Shown here in pieces: positions 18,509 through 29,600 of a DNA stretch of 64,000 nucleotides. The position numbers and the translations under genes are program-made. Location of the stretch: positions 2,874-66,873 of the forward strand of contig JABHYY010000041.1 in NCBI GenBank assembly GCA_018653605.1, given 5' to 3'. This DNA is from an archaeon (GTDB lineage: Archaea; Nanobdellota; Nanobdellia; SCGC-AAA011-G17; GW2011-AR17). The notes under the pieces are model-generated. The model searched no databases. It worked only from the letters and a program-made list of their open reading frames with translations, and was not told the origin of the DNA. How positions within the stretch are numbered: position 1 is the first letter of the stretch; every line of letters begins with the position of its first letter.

Positions 18509-19964
18509 AATTAAAAAATTAGTTGGTTTTTTGTTTGAAAAGAATTACATAGTTACACCTGAAGTTTTGAAAAGTGTTCCGAGTGATTTTAATTTTGATA
18601 TTTTTTATGAAAATGTTGGTTCTACTATGAAAAGGCAAGATAAAGGGGTAGTTTTTGATAAAAGTTTGTTGTTTGTTGAGGAAGATGAAGTAAAAACTAA
18701 TTTGAAAATTGTTTGGAATTATGATAAAGAACCTGGTAAAGTTGAAGTAAAAGATTTTGTAACTTATTATAAGAATAGATATAATCAATTAAAAAAAATT
18801 TTAATGCAAAGAGAAGGGTTACAAGGTTGTGTTTCAATTTCAAGGGCTTTAAGAAAAGGTTCTGATGAAGTTGTTTCAATAATTGGTTTTGTTTATAATG
18901 TTGGAATTACAAAGTCAGGTCATATTATGTTGGAGTTAGAAGATCCTACTGGAAAAATAAAAGTTTTGTTGAGTAATAAAAATAAAGAGCTAATGGAACT
19001 TGGTAAGGAGATTGTTCACGACGAGGTTATTGGTGTTAGTGGAGGAACAGGGAGTGATATTATTTTTGCAAGAGATGTTTATTTACCAGATATTGCTTTG
19101 AAAGAATATAAAAAATGTGCTGATGATGTTAATGTAGTTTTTGCAGCCGATATGCATATTGGTAGTACTTTATTTATTCCTGAAGATTTTGAAAGGTTTG
19201 TTAAGTGGTTGAATATGGAATATGGTGATGAAGAACAAAAAGAGATAGCAAAAAAAGTGAAGTATTTATTTTTTGCTGGAGATATTGTTGATGGTGTTGG
19301 AATTTATCCTGGGCATGAGAAGGAAACAAATATTACAGATATTGTTGAACAGTATAATGTTTGTTTTGATTATATTTCTAGAATTAGAAAAGATATTAAG
19401 ATTGTTATTTGTGGTGGGAATCATGATGCTTTAAGATTGTCTGAACCTCAACCTGCTTTGAATAGAGAGTTTGCAGCAAAGTTGTATAGTTTGCCTAATG
19501 TACATATGGTAACAAATCCTTCTATAATAAATATTCATGCTGTTGATGGATTTGTTGGGTTTGATGTTTTATTATATCATGGAATGGGTTTTGATTATTA
19601 TGTTAACAATGTTGATTATATAAGAAATAATGGTGGATATGATAGAGCTGATTTAATGATGGAATTTTTGTTAAAGAAAAGGCACCTTTGTCCGACGCAC
19701 ATTGCAGGTTTGTCAATGCCTGATATAGAGAGTGATCCTTTAGTTATTGAACAAGTTCCTGACTTTTTTGTATCAGGACATATGCATCATGATGTGTTGG
19801 TTGGTAATTATAAAAATGTTTGTTTAGTTGGGTGTGGTAGTTTTCAAAGCATGTCTTCTTTTCAAGAAAAAATGGGACATGAAAACATAATCCCTTCAAA
19901 AGTTCCAATTATTAATCTTAAAACAAGAAAAATAAAAGTTTTAGATTTTAGTGAAACAGACTGA
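18501..19964 (+). CDS. polB: DNA polymerase II (PolD) small subunit DP1
   Basis: Calcineurin-like/Mre11-type phosphoesterase motifs (FAADMHIGS, FFAGDIVDG, ICGGNHDA) after an N-terminal OB-like region. Overlaps the orc1 stop by 8 nt, as in the operon form. Confidence 0.85.
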   Translation: MSEIKKLVGFLFEKNYIVTPEVLKSVPSDFNFDIFYENVGSTMKRQDKGVVFDKSLLFVEEDEVKTNLKIVWNYDKEPGKVEVKDFVTYYKNRYNQLKKILMQREGLQGCVSISRALRKGSDEVVSIIGFVYNVGITKSGHIMLELEDPTGKIKVLLSNKNKELMELGKEIVHDEVIGVSGGTGSDIIFARDVYLPDIALKEYKKCADDVNVVFAADMHIGSTLFIPEDFERFVKWLNMEYGDEEQKEIAKKVKYLFFAGDIVDGVGIYPGHEKETNITDIVEQYNVCFDYISRIRKDIKIVICGGNHDALRLSEPQPALNREFAAKLYSLPNVHMVTNPSIINIHAVDGFVGFDVLLYHGMGFDYYVNNVDYIRNNGGYDRADLMMEFLLKKRHLCPTHIAGLSMPDIESDPLVIEQVPDFFVSGHMHHDVLVGNYKNVCLVGCGSFQSMSSFQEKMGHENIIPSKVPIINLKTRKIKVLDFSETD

Positions 19965-20083
19965 AACAAGAAAATTATTATATAATTATTTATTATTTTA
20001 TTTTAAGGTAAAGATTATAAAGTGCTTTTCATTATTTTATTTGATACTTATGTTAATTCATAAAAAAAGGGGGAAGTGTAAAA

Positions 20084-23000
20084 ATGAATTCTAAAAATAA
20101 AATAATAGTCGTAGCTATGTTAATTGTGTGTATGTCAATCTTAATGGTAAATTCTGTTGCCGCATTAAATTGTTGGGATAAAGATGGAACAACTATGGAT
20201 GAGTGTACAGATTATGATGTAAATGTTAATGGAGAAGCAGATGATTGTTGGTGGGATAGTTGGGGATCCTATTGTATGGAAAAAGGTTGTTGGGATCAAT
20301 CATCTCAAGAATCTTGTAATGCTGAAAACGATACTGGGTGTATTTGGAAATCAGAATCAGATATGGGATGGAATACTGGATGGTGTACTGATTTAGCTGA
20401 TTGTTGGAACCAATGGGATTATGATGGATGTACTGGTGTGAGTGGATGTGCTTGGAAAAATGCTTCTTGTCAAGGGCCTCCTGGTTGTGATGATGTTTTA
20501 AGTGAAACAAGTTGTTATGGTTCTTCTTTAGGATGTTGGTGGGATTATGGCTCTTATTGTTATTCTCCTGGATGTTGGGATTATGGAGGAAGTTCAGATT
20601 GTGGAAATGCTACTGGATGTAATTGGGTATCAGATGCTTATTGTACTGAATTAGGTGGAGGATCTTATTTTTTTAATAACCAAACATCTTGTGAAATAGC
20701 TGGATTTATTTGGGAAAGTTGGGGTAGTGGAGATGATGGATATTGTTATCAACCTAATTGTTATGATTATAGTGATACTTTAACTTGTAATAATGCATCA
20801 AGTGGAGATTGTGCTTGGAGTGTTTATGATTATTGTTATGAAAAGTCTTGTTGGAATTATTGGAATCAAACAGCTTGTACAGATAATGGTGATAGTGTAG
20901 TAGGTGGTTGTGATTGGACTAATTCTGGTTATTGTTCAGAACCAAGTTGTCCAAGTTTTGATGGGAATGCAACTGGTTGTAATGCAAGTGTAGGGTGTAT
21001 TTGGGATGCTGATAATAGTCAATGTCAATATGAAGGGTGTTGGAATTATTATGATACAGGATCTTGTGCAAATGTTACTGGTTGTCAATGGAAAGAAACT
21101 TCTTGTATGGGAAGTTCTGGTTGTGAAAATTTAGAGACATATGATGCTTGTTATGATTCTTCTTTATCTTGTTGGTGGGATTATGGAGATTATTGTGAAG
21201 AAACAGATTGTTGGGATTTTGATGATAATCAAAGTTATTGTGAAACAGATAGTTTGACATATAATTTAGATTGTACTTGGGATTCTTATTGGGGAGAATG
21301 TTGGGAAAATTGGTGTGGTGAGTATTCAACTGAAAACTCATGTAATGATAGTGTTTCTGGTGATTGTTATTGGGATGCAAATGCAAATTATTGTTATGAA
21401 GAAAATTGTTGGGGTTATTCTGATGAAACAAATTGTGAAAATAGAGGATGTGCTTGGGATGGAGATTATGGGTATTGTGAACAAGCATCTGCTGCAAGTT
21501 GTTATGATTTAACTCAAAGCGAATGTACTAATGGAACTTATAGTACAAGTTGTAAGTGGGATTATGGTTGGGGTGGAACTGATGGATGGTGTTCTGATAG
21601 AGGGTGTTGGGATCTTTATGATTCAACAAGTTGTTCAAATGCTAGTCTTGATGTAAGTTGTGAATGGGTAACTGATTCCGGTGGTTGGTGTGAAGAAGAA
21701 GGTACAAATTGTTGGGATTATTATACAGAAGAAAATTGTGGTGCAAATAATTGTACTTGGGATGCTGCTTATAATAGTTGTTATGAAAAAGGTTGTTGGG
21801 ACCATTGGACAAATTCAAGTTGTGCAGCTGATTCAAGTTGTCAATGGTCAACTGGTTCTGCTGACTGGGGATGGTGTGAAAAAGTTTCATGTTGGTCATG
21901 GGATAATACAAATGAATCTGGTTGTGAAAACAATAGCTATAGTTTAAGTTGTGAATGGGACAATAGTAGTAGTGGATGGTGTATGGGTCCATGGCAAAAT
22001 AACTGTTGGGAATTAGATGCTTGGCAAGGTGGAAATGCTTCTGCTTGTAATGCTTTAAACACAACTGGAGAAAATTGTACTTGGCAAGCAATGAGTGGAT
22101 GGTGTTATGAATCAAGCAAAACTTTTAGCGATTTTACATCAGAAGGTGAATGTTTGAGTAGTGGTTGGGGTAGTTGGAATGGAAGTGATTGTGTTGTTTC
22201 AGAACAAACTGATTTTCAAAACCCTGGTTGTTGGATATTTGATGGTAAACCAACTGAGTGTAATGGTATACAAGGATGTACTTATAATACAACAAGTACT
22301 GAATGTAGTGGCTTAGACATATTAGGAATACAGTGTGAAAATATTAGTAGTGTAATTGCAAATAATGTAACTAATACTACATTGTGTGAAGTTTTACCTA
22401 TGTTGTCAACTTGTTGTAAGTATCAAGGTGGACAGTGTGCAACAAGTTATGATACAGCTTGTTGGGATCAAATGGCTGATCCTCCAGAAGGTGCAACATT
22501 TTGTTCTGATTTTAATGTAATAGATAGTAGGCCTTTGTGTGATCAGATTTCAGGTGAACCTTGGTATATGCCTTGTACATGGAATAATGTAAGTACTGAA
22601 TGTGGATTTAAAGGTGATCTTACAGATGATTTAGATAATATTAAAACTAAGAAAGAGTGTGCGTTTGTAGGTGGAACTTGGAAAACTGAAAGTGTTTGTG
22701 ATGATGCATCTAATTGTCCTTATGCTGAAACTTGGTGTGAAATAGAAACAGGTTCATCTTTGTATGGATGTGATATGTCTTGTTGGGCTTGTAATACATC
22801 TACTTCTTGTCGTTCATCTACTAAAGGTTATTGTATGTGGGTGCAAGATACAAGTTTAACTCAAGGAGGATACTGTGATATTCCAGAAACTATAGAAACT
22901 TTTGGAGATTGTGATACATCTTGTCCTTCATGTGAATACTATAGTGGTGGTACTTTTACACCAGAAGAAGCTTGTTTAGCAAGTAAGAATCAATGTAAGT

Positions 23001-26000
23001 GGGATAATTCAACTGAAAGTTGTATTGAGAAAAAAAGTAAAGGTTGTGGAGATGATTGTTTCTATTGTTATAATCTAGATGATTGTAATATGAATGGTGG
23101 TGGAGCTCAAGGAACTTGTAAGTGGGATAATAGTGATGGAATGTGTACTCCTGCTAATTTTGATAGTGAGATTTGTTTTGATGGAAGTGACAACGACAAT
23201 GATGAATTAGTTGATTGTGAAGATCCAGAATGTACTTTTGATCCTTTCTGTGGAGGAGGAGAAATGGGAGAATGTTGGTTATACCAAGATAGTACTAGTT
23301 GTGGAATTCAAAGTGATTGTGAGTGGATACAAGATCCTTGGACAAGTGATTATAGATGTGGTATGAAAGGTGAATCTTGTTGGATGTATCAAACAAATGT
23401 TACTGGTTGTGGTTCAGATGTAAATTGTAAGTGGTATGAAAATACTTTTTGTGAAATAAATCACTCTTTATCTGAAACTTGTTTTCAAAAAACAACTGAG
23501 AGTGGTTGTGAGGCAGTAAGTTCTTGTAAGTGGCAAGCTGATCCATACAGTCCGCAAGATGGATGGTGTGACTTTGCAATGTTTGAATGTCATTGGAACT
23601 CTACATTAGGTGGAAGCAGAACTAATTGTGAATCTAATTCATTGTGTAGTTGGGTAACTGATCCTTGGTCCGGTAGTGGATGGTGTGATCCTAAATGCTT
23701 TGCAAAAGATAGTGATGGCGATGAGTTGTATACAACACAAAGTTCTTGTGAAGGTGCAGTAACAGGTGGACTTTGTGAATGGTCTTCTGGATGGTGTGAA
23801 CCAAATGTTACTTCTACTGGTTCTGTAGATGGAAGAGATTGTCCTTCATACGATGGTAACATGACTTCTTGTGAAGAGCAGCCTGGTTGTGCTTGGTTTG
23901 AACAACACATGTCTGGAAGTGATCATGTTGATAGTGAAGAAGGTGGTTTCTTTGGATCACAATGTGATGTTAAACATGAGTTAGCTGTAGATTGTTGGAT
24001 GTTGAGAAATCAAACAGAATGTAATTTTACCAATAGAACAAATGGATATAATAATACAGGTGATCAAGATGCATGTAGGTGGATTACTGAAGGTAGTTGG
24101 TCTTGGTGTGAACAAATAGGTTGGCATTGTGGTCCCACTTATTCACCATTTAATATGACTACTTATCAACCAGAAACTGATACAGCTGCATGTGCTGCAG
24201 ATCCTTATTGTATGGTTGATACAGATGAATATATGGGTAATCAAGAAGTTTGTGTCTCAAATTGTTTTAATGTTAGTTTGGGTCAGTCTGATTGTGAAAG
24301 TGTAAATACGCAATTAGGAAGTCAGATGTGTGTGTGGTATGGTTTTGGTGGAGGTGGTGGAGAATCTACTGGTGGATGGTGTGATCCAAAAGGTTCAGAA
24401 GCAATATTTGAAAGTATGGAAAGTGGTGTACCTTACATGTTAGGAAGTGATGTATGTGGTGCTGGTTCCGATGATGCTGCATTGAATGATTGGATAGATC
24501 TTTGTGGTGCTGGTATAAAAGAAACCAATGATGACTATATGATGGGTATGGGTTTGTCGTCTATGACTTATGCCGGAGTTTGTAATGGTGAATCACTTTG
24601 GGATGGAAGTACTGGAAGTGGAAGAAAAGCTACTAAAGGTTATTGGTATTTAGATACTGATGGAACTACAGACAATAATTGTTATTCAGATGATGGTGCA
24701 GAGAATGGATTTGAGTTTAAGTTGGTTGCTGAATGGACTTGGTCTGATGAAGGCTTAAAAGAAATGTTAAGTGCAAAGAGATGTTCTAATAGTAGTTGGG
24801 TTGCAGCAAATATTAGATTGGATACACATGCTAAAAAAATGTGTCAAGAAATGCAAGGAATGATTGTTACTGTTAAGAAAGCTGACTTGAATAATTTCCC
24901 TAGTTTGTTTGATATAAGTCATCCAATGAGAATATATTCTGTATCTGCAGGTGAAAATAATACTGCAACTGCTCCAGCCGATAGTGTGGGTCCAAATTAT
25001 TATAAATCTGGAACTGTAGATTTTAAGTTAGAACATTGTGATTCTATTGGTAAAGTTGACAAGGATGGCGATGGTTTTTATTCCTATGAAGATCCAGATT
25101 GTAAGCACATGTATATGGATGAAGAATTTGGTATGAAAGGAACTGAAGATTGTACAAACTTGATTGATGACGATAGAGATGGTGCAATAGATTGTACTGA
25201 TATACAATGTAAAGATGAAGTTGTTTGTGGTTCAGCATTTGCAGTTAATGCAACTGATAAAGAAGCACCTGAAGTAATTGAAATTGATGCAGATGAAAAT
25301 TCTAATACTGCACAAATTGTTGTTAAGACAGAAGAGAGAGCGAATGTTACTTTGAAGTTCTACAATAACGACAGTACTGGTTCAAGAATTAATTCAACAA
25401 TTAGAGCTGAAGGAATGCAGAAAGGAAACTTTACTGATGAAAGAGAAAGGTTTGTGTTTAATAGTGTAATTAGTCTAAATAACTTTACAACTAATACAGA
25501 TATGTTGAATTATACATTAGATAATGCAACCACCTATTATTATAGGGTTGAAGTTTGTGATGTGTCTGGTAATTGTGGAGAGTCTGGATTAAGAAACTTT
25601 ACAACAAAAGCTGTAACAGAAAGATCTACTATTAAAGTTACTGATAGTGATTCAGGACAGACTTGGCAAATAGATAATGGAAGTGGAACATATGCTAATC
25701 CAGGTAGTGCTTGTTCTTCATCAAGTACTTCAACATTAGGTGAGCCTATTGATCCGGATCAAATTAGTGAAGTTGATTTGAGAATGCAGTTGACTAATGC
25801 AGATAGTTTAGCAATGGAAGTAAGACTTGAAGGTGTTGAAACTGGTTCAGATGTTATTGCTCCTTTAGATTTAGATATTGGAACTTTAACTGGTTCAGAG
25901 TCTGATGTAACTGAAGATTACTTTGCAATTGATGAAAGTGATTGGGGAGGTAATGATGGTATCTATAGTGTGGGTCATCCTGACACATTAGTGTTGAGTT

Positions 26001-26476
26001 ATCCTGGTGATGATACTGAGTTGTGGGATTGTGCAGCTTTATCTGGAAGCACTCCAATAAATTGTACTAACATTACTGGTTATGCAATAAGAAGTTATAG
26101 TTCAGGTACTGACATTACTGAATGGACAATTTCAAATCCACCAATACATATTTGGTCTTACATTATAGATCAAACACCTGTTGCAGCTGCGGCTGAAGAA
26201 AGTTCTAGTTCTTCTGGTGGTGGCGGTAGTGGTGGCGCTGGTTCAACTACAAGTGATGAAGAAGAGGAAGAAGAAAGCACAGATCCTGTAAGTGAAGTTA
26301 TTGATGGTGTTGTAGAAGATGTTGGAGATGTTGCTGGTGAAGCAGGACAAAGGGTAGCTGAGTTTGCAGAAGATGTAGGTGAAAGTTTTACTGACTTTGG
26401 TTGGTTATGGTTTGCACTTGCTTCAGTGATTGCAGTTGGAGTTGTGTTGTTTATAGTCTTTAGAAAAAAGGCTTAA
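20084..26476 (+). CDS. Giant (2130 aa) secreted Cys/Trp-rich repeat surface protein with TSP3-like Ca-binding motifs, FN3-like module and C-terminal acidic stretch + TM anchor
   Basis: N-terminal signal peptide MNSKNKIIVVAMLIVCMSILMVNSVAA. Dozens of C..W...GCW(D/N) repeats. DGSDNDNDELVDCEDPECTFDPFC and DDDRDGAIDCTDIQCKDEVVC motifs. FN3-like segment ...YYYRVEVCDVSGNCGESGLRNFTT. The C-terminus is a poly-Glu stretch, then QRVAEF, then a TM helix (GWLWFALASVIAVGVVLFIVF), then RKKA. Confidence 0.8.
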   Translation: MNSKNKIIVVAMLIVCMSILMVNSVAALNCWDKDGTTMDECTDYDVNVNGEADDCWWDSWGSYCMEKGCWDQSSQESCNAENDTGCIWKSESDMGWNTGWCTDLADCWNQWDYDGCTGVSGCAWKNASCQGPPGCDDVLSETSCYGSSLGCWWDYGSYCYSPGCWDYGGSSDCGNATGCNWVSDAYCTELGGGSYFFNNQTSCEIAGFIWESWGSGDDGYCYQPNCYDYSDTLTCNNASSGDCAWSVYDYCYEKSCWNYWNQTACTDNGDSVVGGCDWTNSGYCSEPSCPSFDGNATGCNASVGCIWDADNSQCQYEGCWNYYDTGSCANVTGCQWKETSCMGSSGCENLETYDACYDSSLSCWWDYGDYCEETDCWDFDDNQSYCETDSLTYNLDCTWDSYWGECWENWCGEYSTENSCNDSVSGDCYWDANANYCYEENCWGYSDETNCENRGCAWDGDYGYCEQASAASCYDLTQSECTNGTYSTSCKWDYGWGGTDGWCSDRGCWDLYDSTSCSNASLDVSCEWVTDSGGWCEEEGTNCWDYYTEENCGANNCTWDAAYNSCYEKGCWDHWTNSSCAADSSCQWSTGSADWGWCEKVSCWSWDNTNESGCENNSYSLSCEWDNSSSGWCMGPWQNNCWELDAWQGGNASACNALNTTGENCTWQAMSGWCYESSKTFSDFTSEGECLSSGWGSWNGSDCVVSEQTDFQNPGCWIFDGKPTECNGIQGCTYNTTSTECSGLDILGIQCENISSVIANNVTNTTLCEVLPMLSTCCKYQGGQCATSYDTACWDQMADPPEGATFCSDFNVIDSRPLCDQISGEPWYMPCTWNNVSTECGFKGDLTDDLDNIKTKKECAFVGGTWKTESVCDDASNCPYAETWCEIETGSSLYGCDMSCWACNTSTSCRSSTKGYCMWVQDTSLTQGGYCDIPETIETFGDCDTSCPSCEYYSGGTFTPEEACLASKNQCKWDNSTESCIEKKSKGCGDDCFYCYNLDDCNMNGGGAQGTCKWDNSDGMCTPANFDSEICFDGSDNDNDELVDCEDPECTFDPFCGGGEMGECWLYQDSTSCGIQSDCEWIQDPWTSDYRCGMKGESCWMYQTNVTGCGSDVNCKWYENTFCEINHSLSETCFQKTTESGCEAVSSCKWQADPYSPQDGWCDFAMFECHWNSTLGGSRTNCESNSLCSWVTDPWSGSGWCDPKCFAKDSDGDELYTTQSSCEGAVTGGLCEWSSGWCEPNVTSTGSVDGRDCPSYDGNMTSCEEQPGCAWFEQHMSGSDHVDSEEGGFFGSQCDVKHELAVDCWMLRNQTECNFTNRTNGYNNTGDQDACRWITEGSWSWCEQIGWHCGPTYSPFNMTTYQPETDTAACAADPYCMVDTDEYMGNQEVCVSNCFNVSLGQSDCESVNTQLGSQMCVWYGFGGGGGESTGGWCDPKGSEAIFESMESGVPYMLGSDVCGAGSDDAALNDWIDLCGAGIKETNDDYMMGMGLSSMTYAGVCNGESLWDGSTGSGRKATKGYWYLDTDGTTDNNCYSDDGAENGFEFKLVAEWTWSDEGLKEMLSAKRCSNSSWVAANIRLDTHAKKMCQEMQGMIVTVKKADLNNFPSLFDISHPMRIYSVSAGENNTATAPADSVGPNYYKSGTVDFKLEHCDSIGKVDKDGDGFYSYEDPDCKHMYMDEEFGMKGTEDCTNLIDDDRDGAIDCTDIQCKDEVVCGSAFAVNATDKEAPEVIEIDADENSNTAQIVVKTEERANVTLKFYNNDSTGSRINSTIRAEGMQKGNFTDERERFVFNSVISLNNFTTNTDMLNYTLDNATTYYYRVEVCDVSGNCGESGLRNFTTKAVTERSTIKVTDSDSGQTWQIDNGSGTYANPGSACSSSSTSTLGEPIDPDQISEVDLRMQLTNADSLAMEVRLEGVETGSDVIAPLDLDIGTLTGSESDVTEDYFAIDESDWGGNDGIYSVGHPDTLVLSYPGDDTELWDCAALSGSTPINCTNITGYAIRSYSSGTDITEWTISNPPIHIWSYIIDQTPVAAAAEESSSSSGGGGSGGAGSTTSDEEEEEESTDPVSEVIDGVVEDVGDVAGEAGQRVAEFAEDVGESFTDFGWLWFALASVIAVGVVLFIVFRKKA

Positions 26477-26605
26477 TTTTTTATTTTTTTATTTTTTATA
26501 GAGAACAAAGAGTTTTTATTTTTGTGAAACCAATTGAAACCAAATTCTTTTTATTTTTCAGAAAGTTTAGAAAACTTTATAAATCGCTTTGCTATAATTT
26601 AATGA

Positions 26606-29600
26606 ATGTTAAAAGGGGTGAGGGGTAATCTGCATAGTATTCTTTTAGTTGGTTTAATAGTTATAGTTTTCGCAGGTTTATTTTATGGTGGAATAACTGG
26701 ATTTTATACAAGTCCTTTTGGTGGTGGTCCAATACCTTTTAATAATTTTGATCAGTTTGATACTTCTGCAATTAACTTATCTCTTTATCAGTTGACTTTG
26801 GTTGTTGGTGATCCAGGAGTAAGTTCTACTCTTAATGTTTCTGTTAATAGTAATTTTCTTTTTAATGTAACTCATACTGGAACAACTGTAGGTAGTGGTG
26901 CAACAAAATTATATATTAATACAAATATTCAACAAGCAAATGTTTATACCTATATTAATATGACTGATACTAGTAGTACAGTTAGTGCAAGTGCCGAAGC
27001 TTCTTCTGGAATTGAATTATCAGATGATTCATTTACTCGTGGTGCTTGTTATTTAAATTTAGCAAACACTAGTCAGTTTAGATTGGTTGCTAGTAATATT
27101 ACTGGTCCAGTACCTTATGCAAATGTTGGTGCAGGAGTTGGAAATTTATCTTTACAATATGATGTGCCTACTACAATGATTAATTGTACTTTTAGGTGGG
27201 CAGGGGGAGTACAGTCTATTTTAGTTCCTACAAATTTAAATGTAATAAATATTAAGCCTAAATTATTTGCTGATTTAGATAGACCTGCTGGCGGTCCCGG
27301 TCCAATTAATGGCTCTGGTCAGGTTGAATCTTATTTTGATTTTTGGAATGTTACTGCAGTTTTACCTGCAGCTCCACCTCCACCTCCAGCAACAATGGAA
27401 CAACCTTTCTTTGAAACTTTTACAGGCCCTGGTGTTAATGTAAGTAGATTTACTATGCCTGCACAAATGAATGGATTTAATTTTAGTCAAAGTAATAATA
27501 TGATTGTTATGAATGGTACTACTACAAATACTGAACTTTTTATGAGTTTATCTAATGCAAATGCTATATCTATTTCTACACAACTTACTCTAAGTAGTGT
27601 ATTTAATTTAACTGGAAATATTGGGGTTGCTGGAACAGATTCTGTACTTTACAAATTAGGTTTGGCTGGAACTCCTACTTCTAGCTATTGTGCTATGGAT
27701 CTTAAATTTGATGGGACTTATTACTTTTGTGCTGATGGAAATTGTACTGTGGTTCCTAAGGGTTGGGGAAATTTGACTTTTGATTATCAACCTATCGGTA
27801 CTTTAGTTACTTGTACTTATACTAATAATATGACTGTTGTTGAAAGAACTACTGTTGGTGGTCATACAACTTCTACTATTACAAATACTTTGCATATTTC
27901 TAATGCAAGTGATTCTGGTTATGTTACAATTGATGATCTTAATTATACTGTTGCTGTTGCTCCTCCTGTTGTTGTTTTTGAAAATCCTTTTTTTGAAACT
28001 TTTACTCCTCCTGTTGTTAATGTAAGTAGGTTTACTGTGCCTACTCCTGTTCCTGGTTTTAATTTTAGTCAAAGTGCTGGTATGATAGTAATGAATGGTA
28101 CTGCTGTTGGATTGAATCCAGTTACAATTTTGGATAATGTAAATGCTATCAGCATTGTTTCATCAACTATTTTAAGTAGTGTTTTTAATTTGACAGGTAG
28201 TGTTGCAAATGTTGGAACAGATGCAACTACTTATAGATTTGGTTTATTTAGTGGTTCTCCTAGCTTTTGTAATGTTGCTCTTAAGCAAAGTGGAAGTTAT
28301 CAATTCTGTGCTAATAAGAATTGTACTGGAATTCCTAAGGGGTGGGGTAATTTAACTTTTACTTTTGATCCTGCAGGAGGTTTGGTAACTTGTACTTTTA
28401 CTAACAATGTAACTGTTGTTTCTAGAACAATTACAGGGTCACATACTTCATCTACAATTAGAAATGGGTTAATAATTTCAAATGTTAGTGATTCTGGTTA
28501 TCTTACTATTGATGATTTGAATTATAGTATTGTTGTTGCTGCTCCTCCTGTTTCTGAACAACCTTTTTATGACACCTTTACAGGTGTTTTGAATAATAGT
28601 AGGTGGACTGGAGCTAATCCTCTTGCTCCTGGTTTTAATTTTAGTTTAGGTAATAATATGATTGTAATGAATGGTACTGCTGTAGGGCTTGCTGCTTTTT
28701 CAGCTTTCAGCAGTAAAATAAATATAAATGTTGTGAATCCTATTGAAGTTAGAAGTGATTTTAATTTAACTGGGAATATTGCTAATGTTGGAACTGATAG
28801 TGTTCGTTATTTGTTAGTATTGACTAATGGTGCTGGCCCTTCAACTTTTTGTACAATTAATATTGATAATGTTAGTCAGTTAGTGTGTGCAAATTCAAAC
28901 TGTACTGCTATTACTAGTACAACTGGTACTCTTTCAGCATACTATAATCATGGATCTAATTTAGCAAATTGTTCTTTTATTGATGGTGAAACTGTTGTTG
29001 GTAGAACTATTGCTGCTAATCATGGAACAATTACTATTTCAAATCAATTGTCTATCTCTAATATAAGTGATTCTGGTTATTTGACTGTTGATAATTTGAA
29101 CTATAGTAGCAATGTTCCTAATCCTCCTAGTGCAGCTGCTGCTCCAGATACACTTGGAGAATTTACAGAAGCTTTTACTGGAAAAAATATTGATGGGAAT
29201 TTTTTTAATGCTCCAAGTAATTCAAAAGGTTTAGTGATTACTCAAAATAATACTTTGATTATTACTGGTGCTACTGTGGGTAGTGATGCTTTTGCTTATC
29301 TTAATTCTCAAGATGTAACTGATGCTACTGATGATTATGTTTTTAGTGTTGTTACTAATTTAACTGGAACTGTTACTGGAGGAAAAAAAGTTCGTGCTGA
29401 ACTTTATACACGACCAGATGAAGCTTCTCCTAGGGATGGATGTAGATTACAACTTAGTGATAATGTATATACTATTTGCCATAGAGATAGTGGTAATTGT
29501 AGTGTTGTACCTTCTGGTGTTGGGACAATGATTTATTCTTATGATAAATCTGTAGCTTTGCTTTCTTGTGCTTTTAATAGTACTAATTATACTGTTGTTA

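Noticed and set aside
20226-22115. Antisense ORFs inside the giant surface-protein genes (e.g. 20226..20510, 21075..21497, 21642..22115, 23590..23910, 30864..31129)
   Set aside because: Low-complexity His/Asn/Gln-rich translations that are mirror images of the Cys/Trp codon repeats on the sense strand. They lie entirely inside a strongly supported gene.
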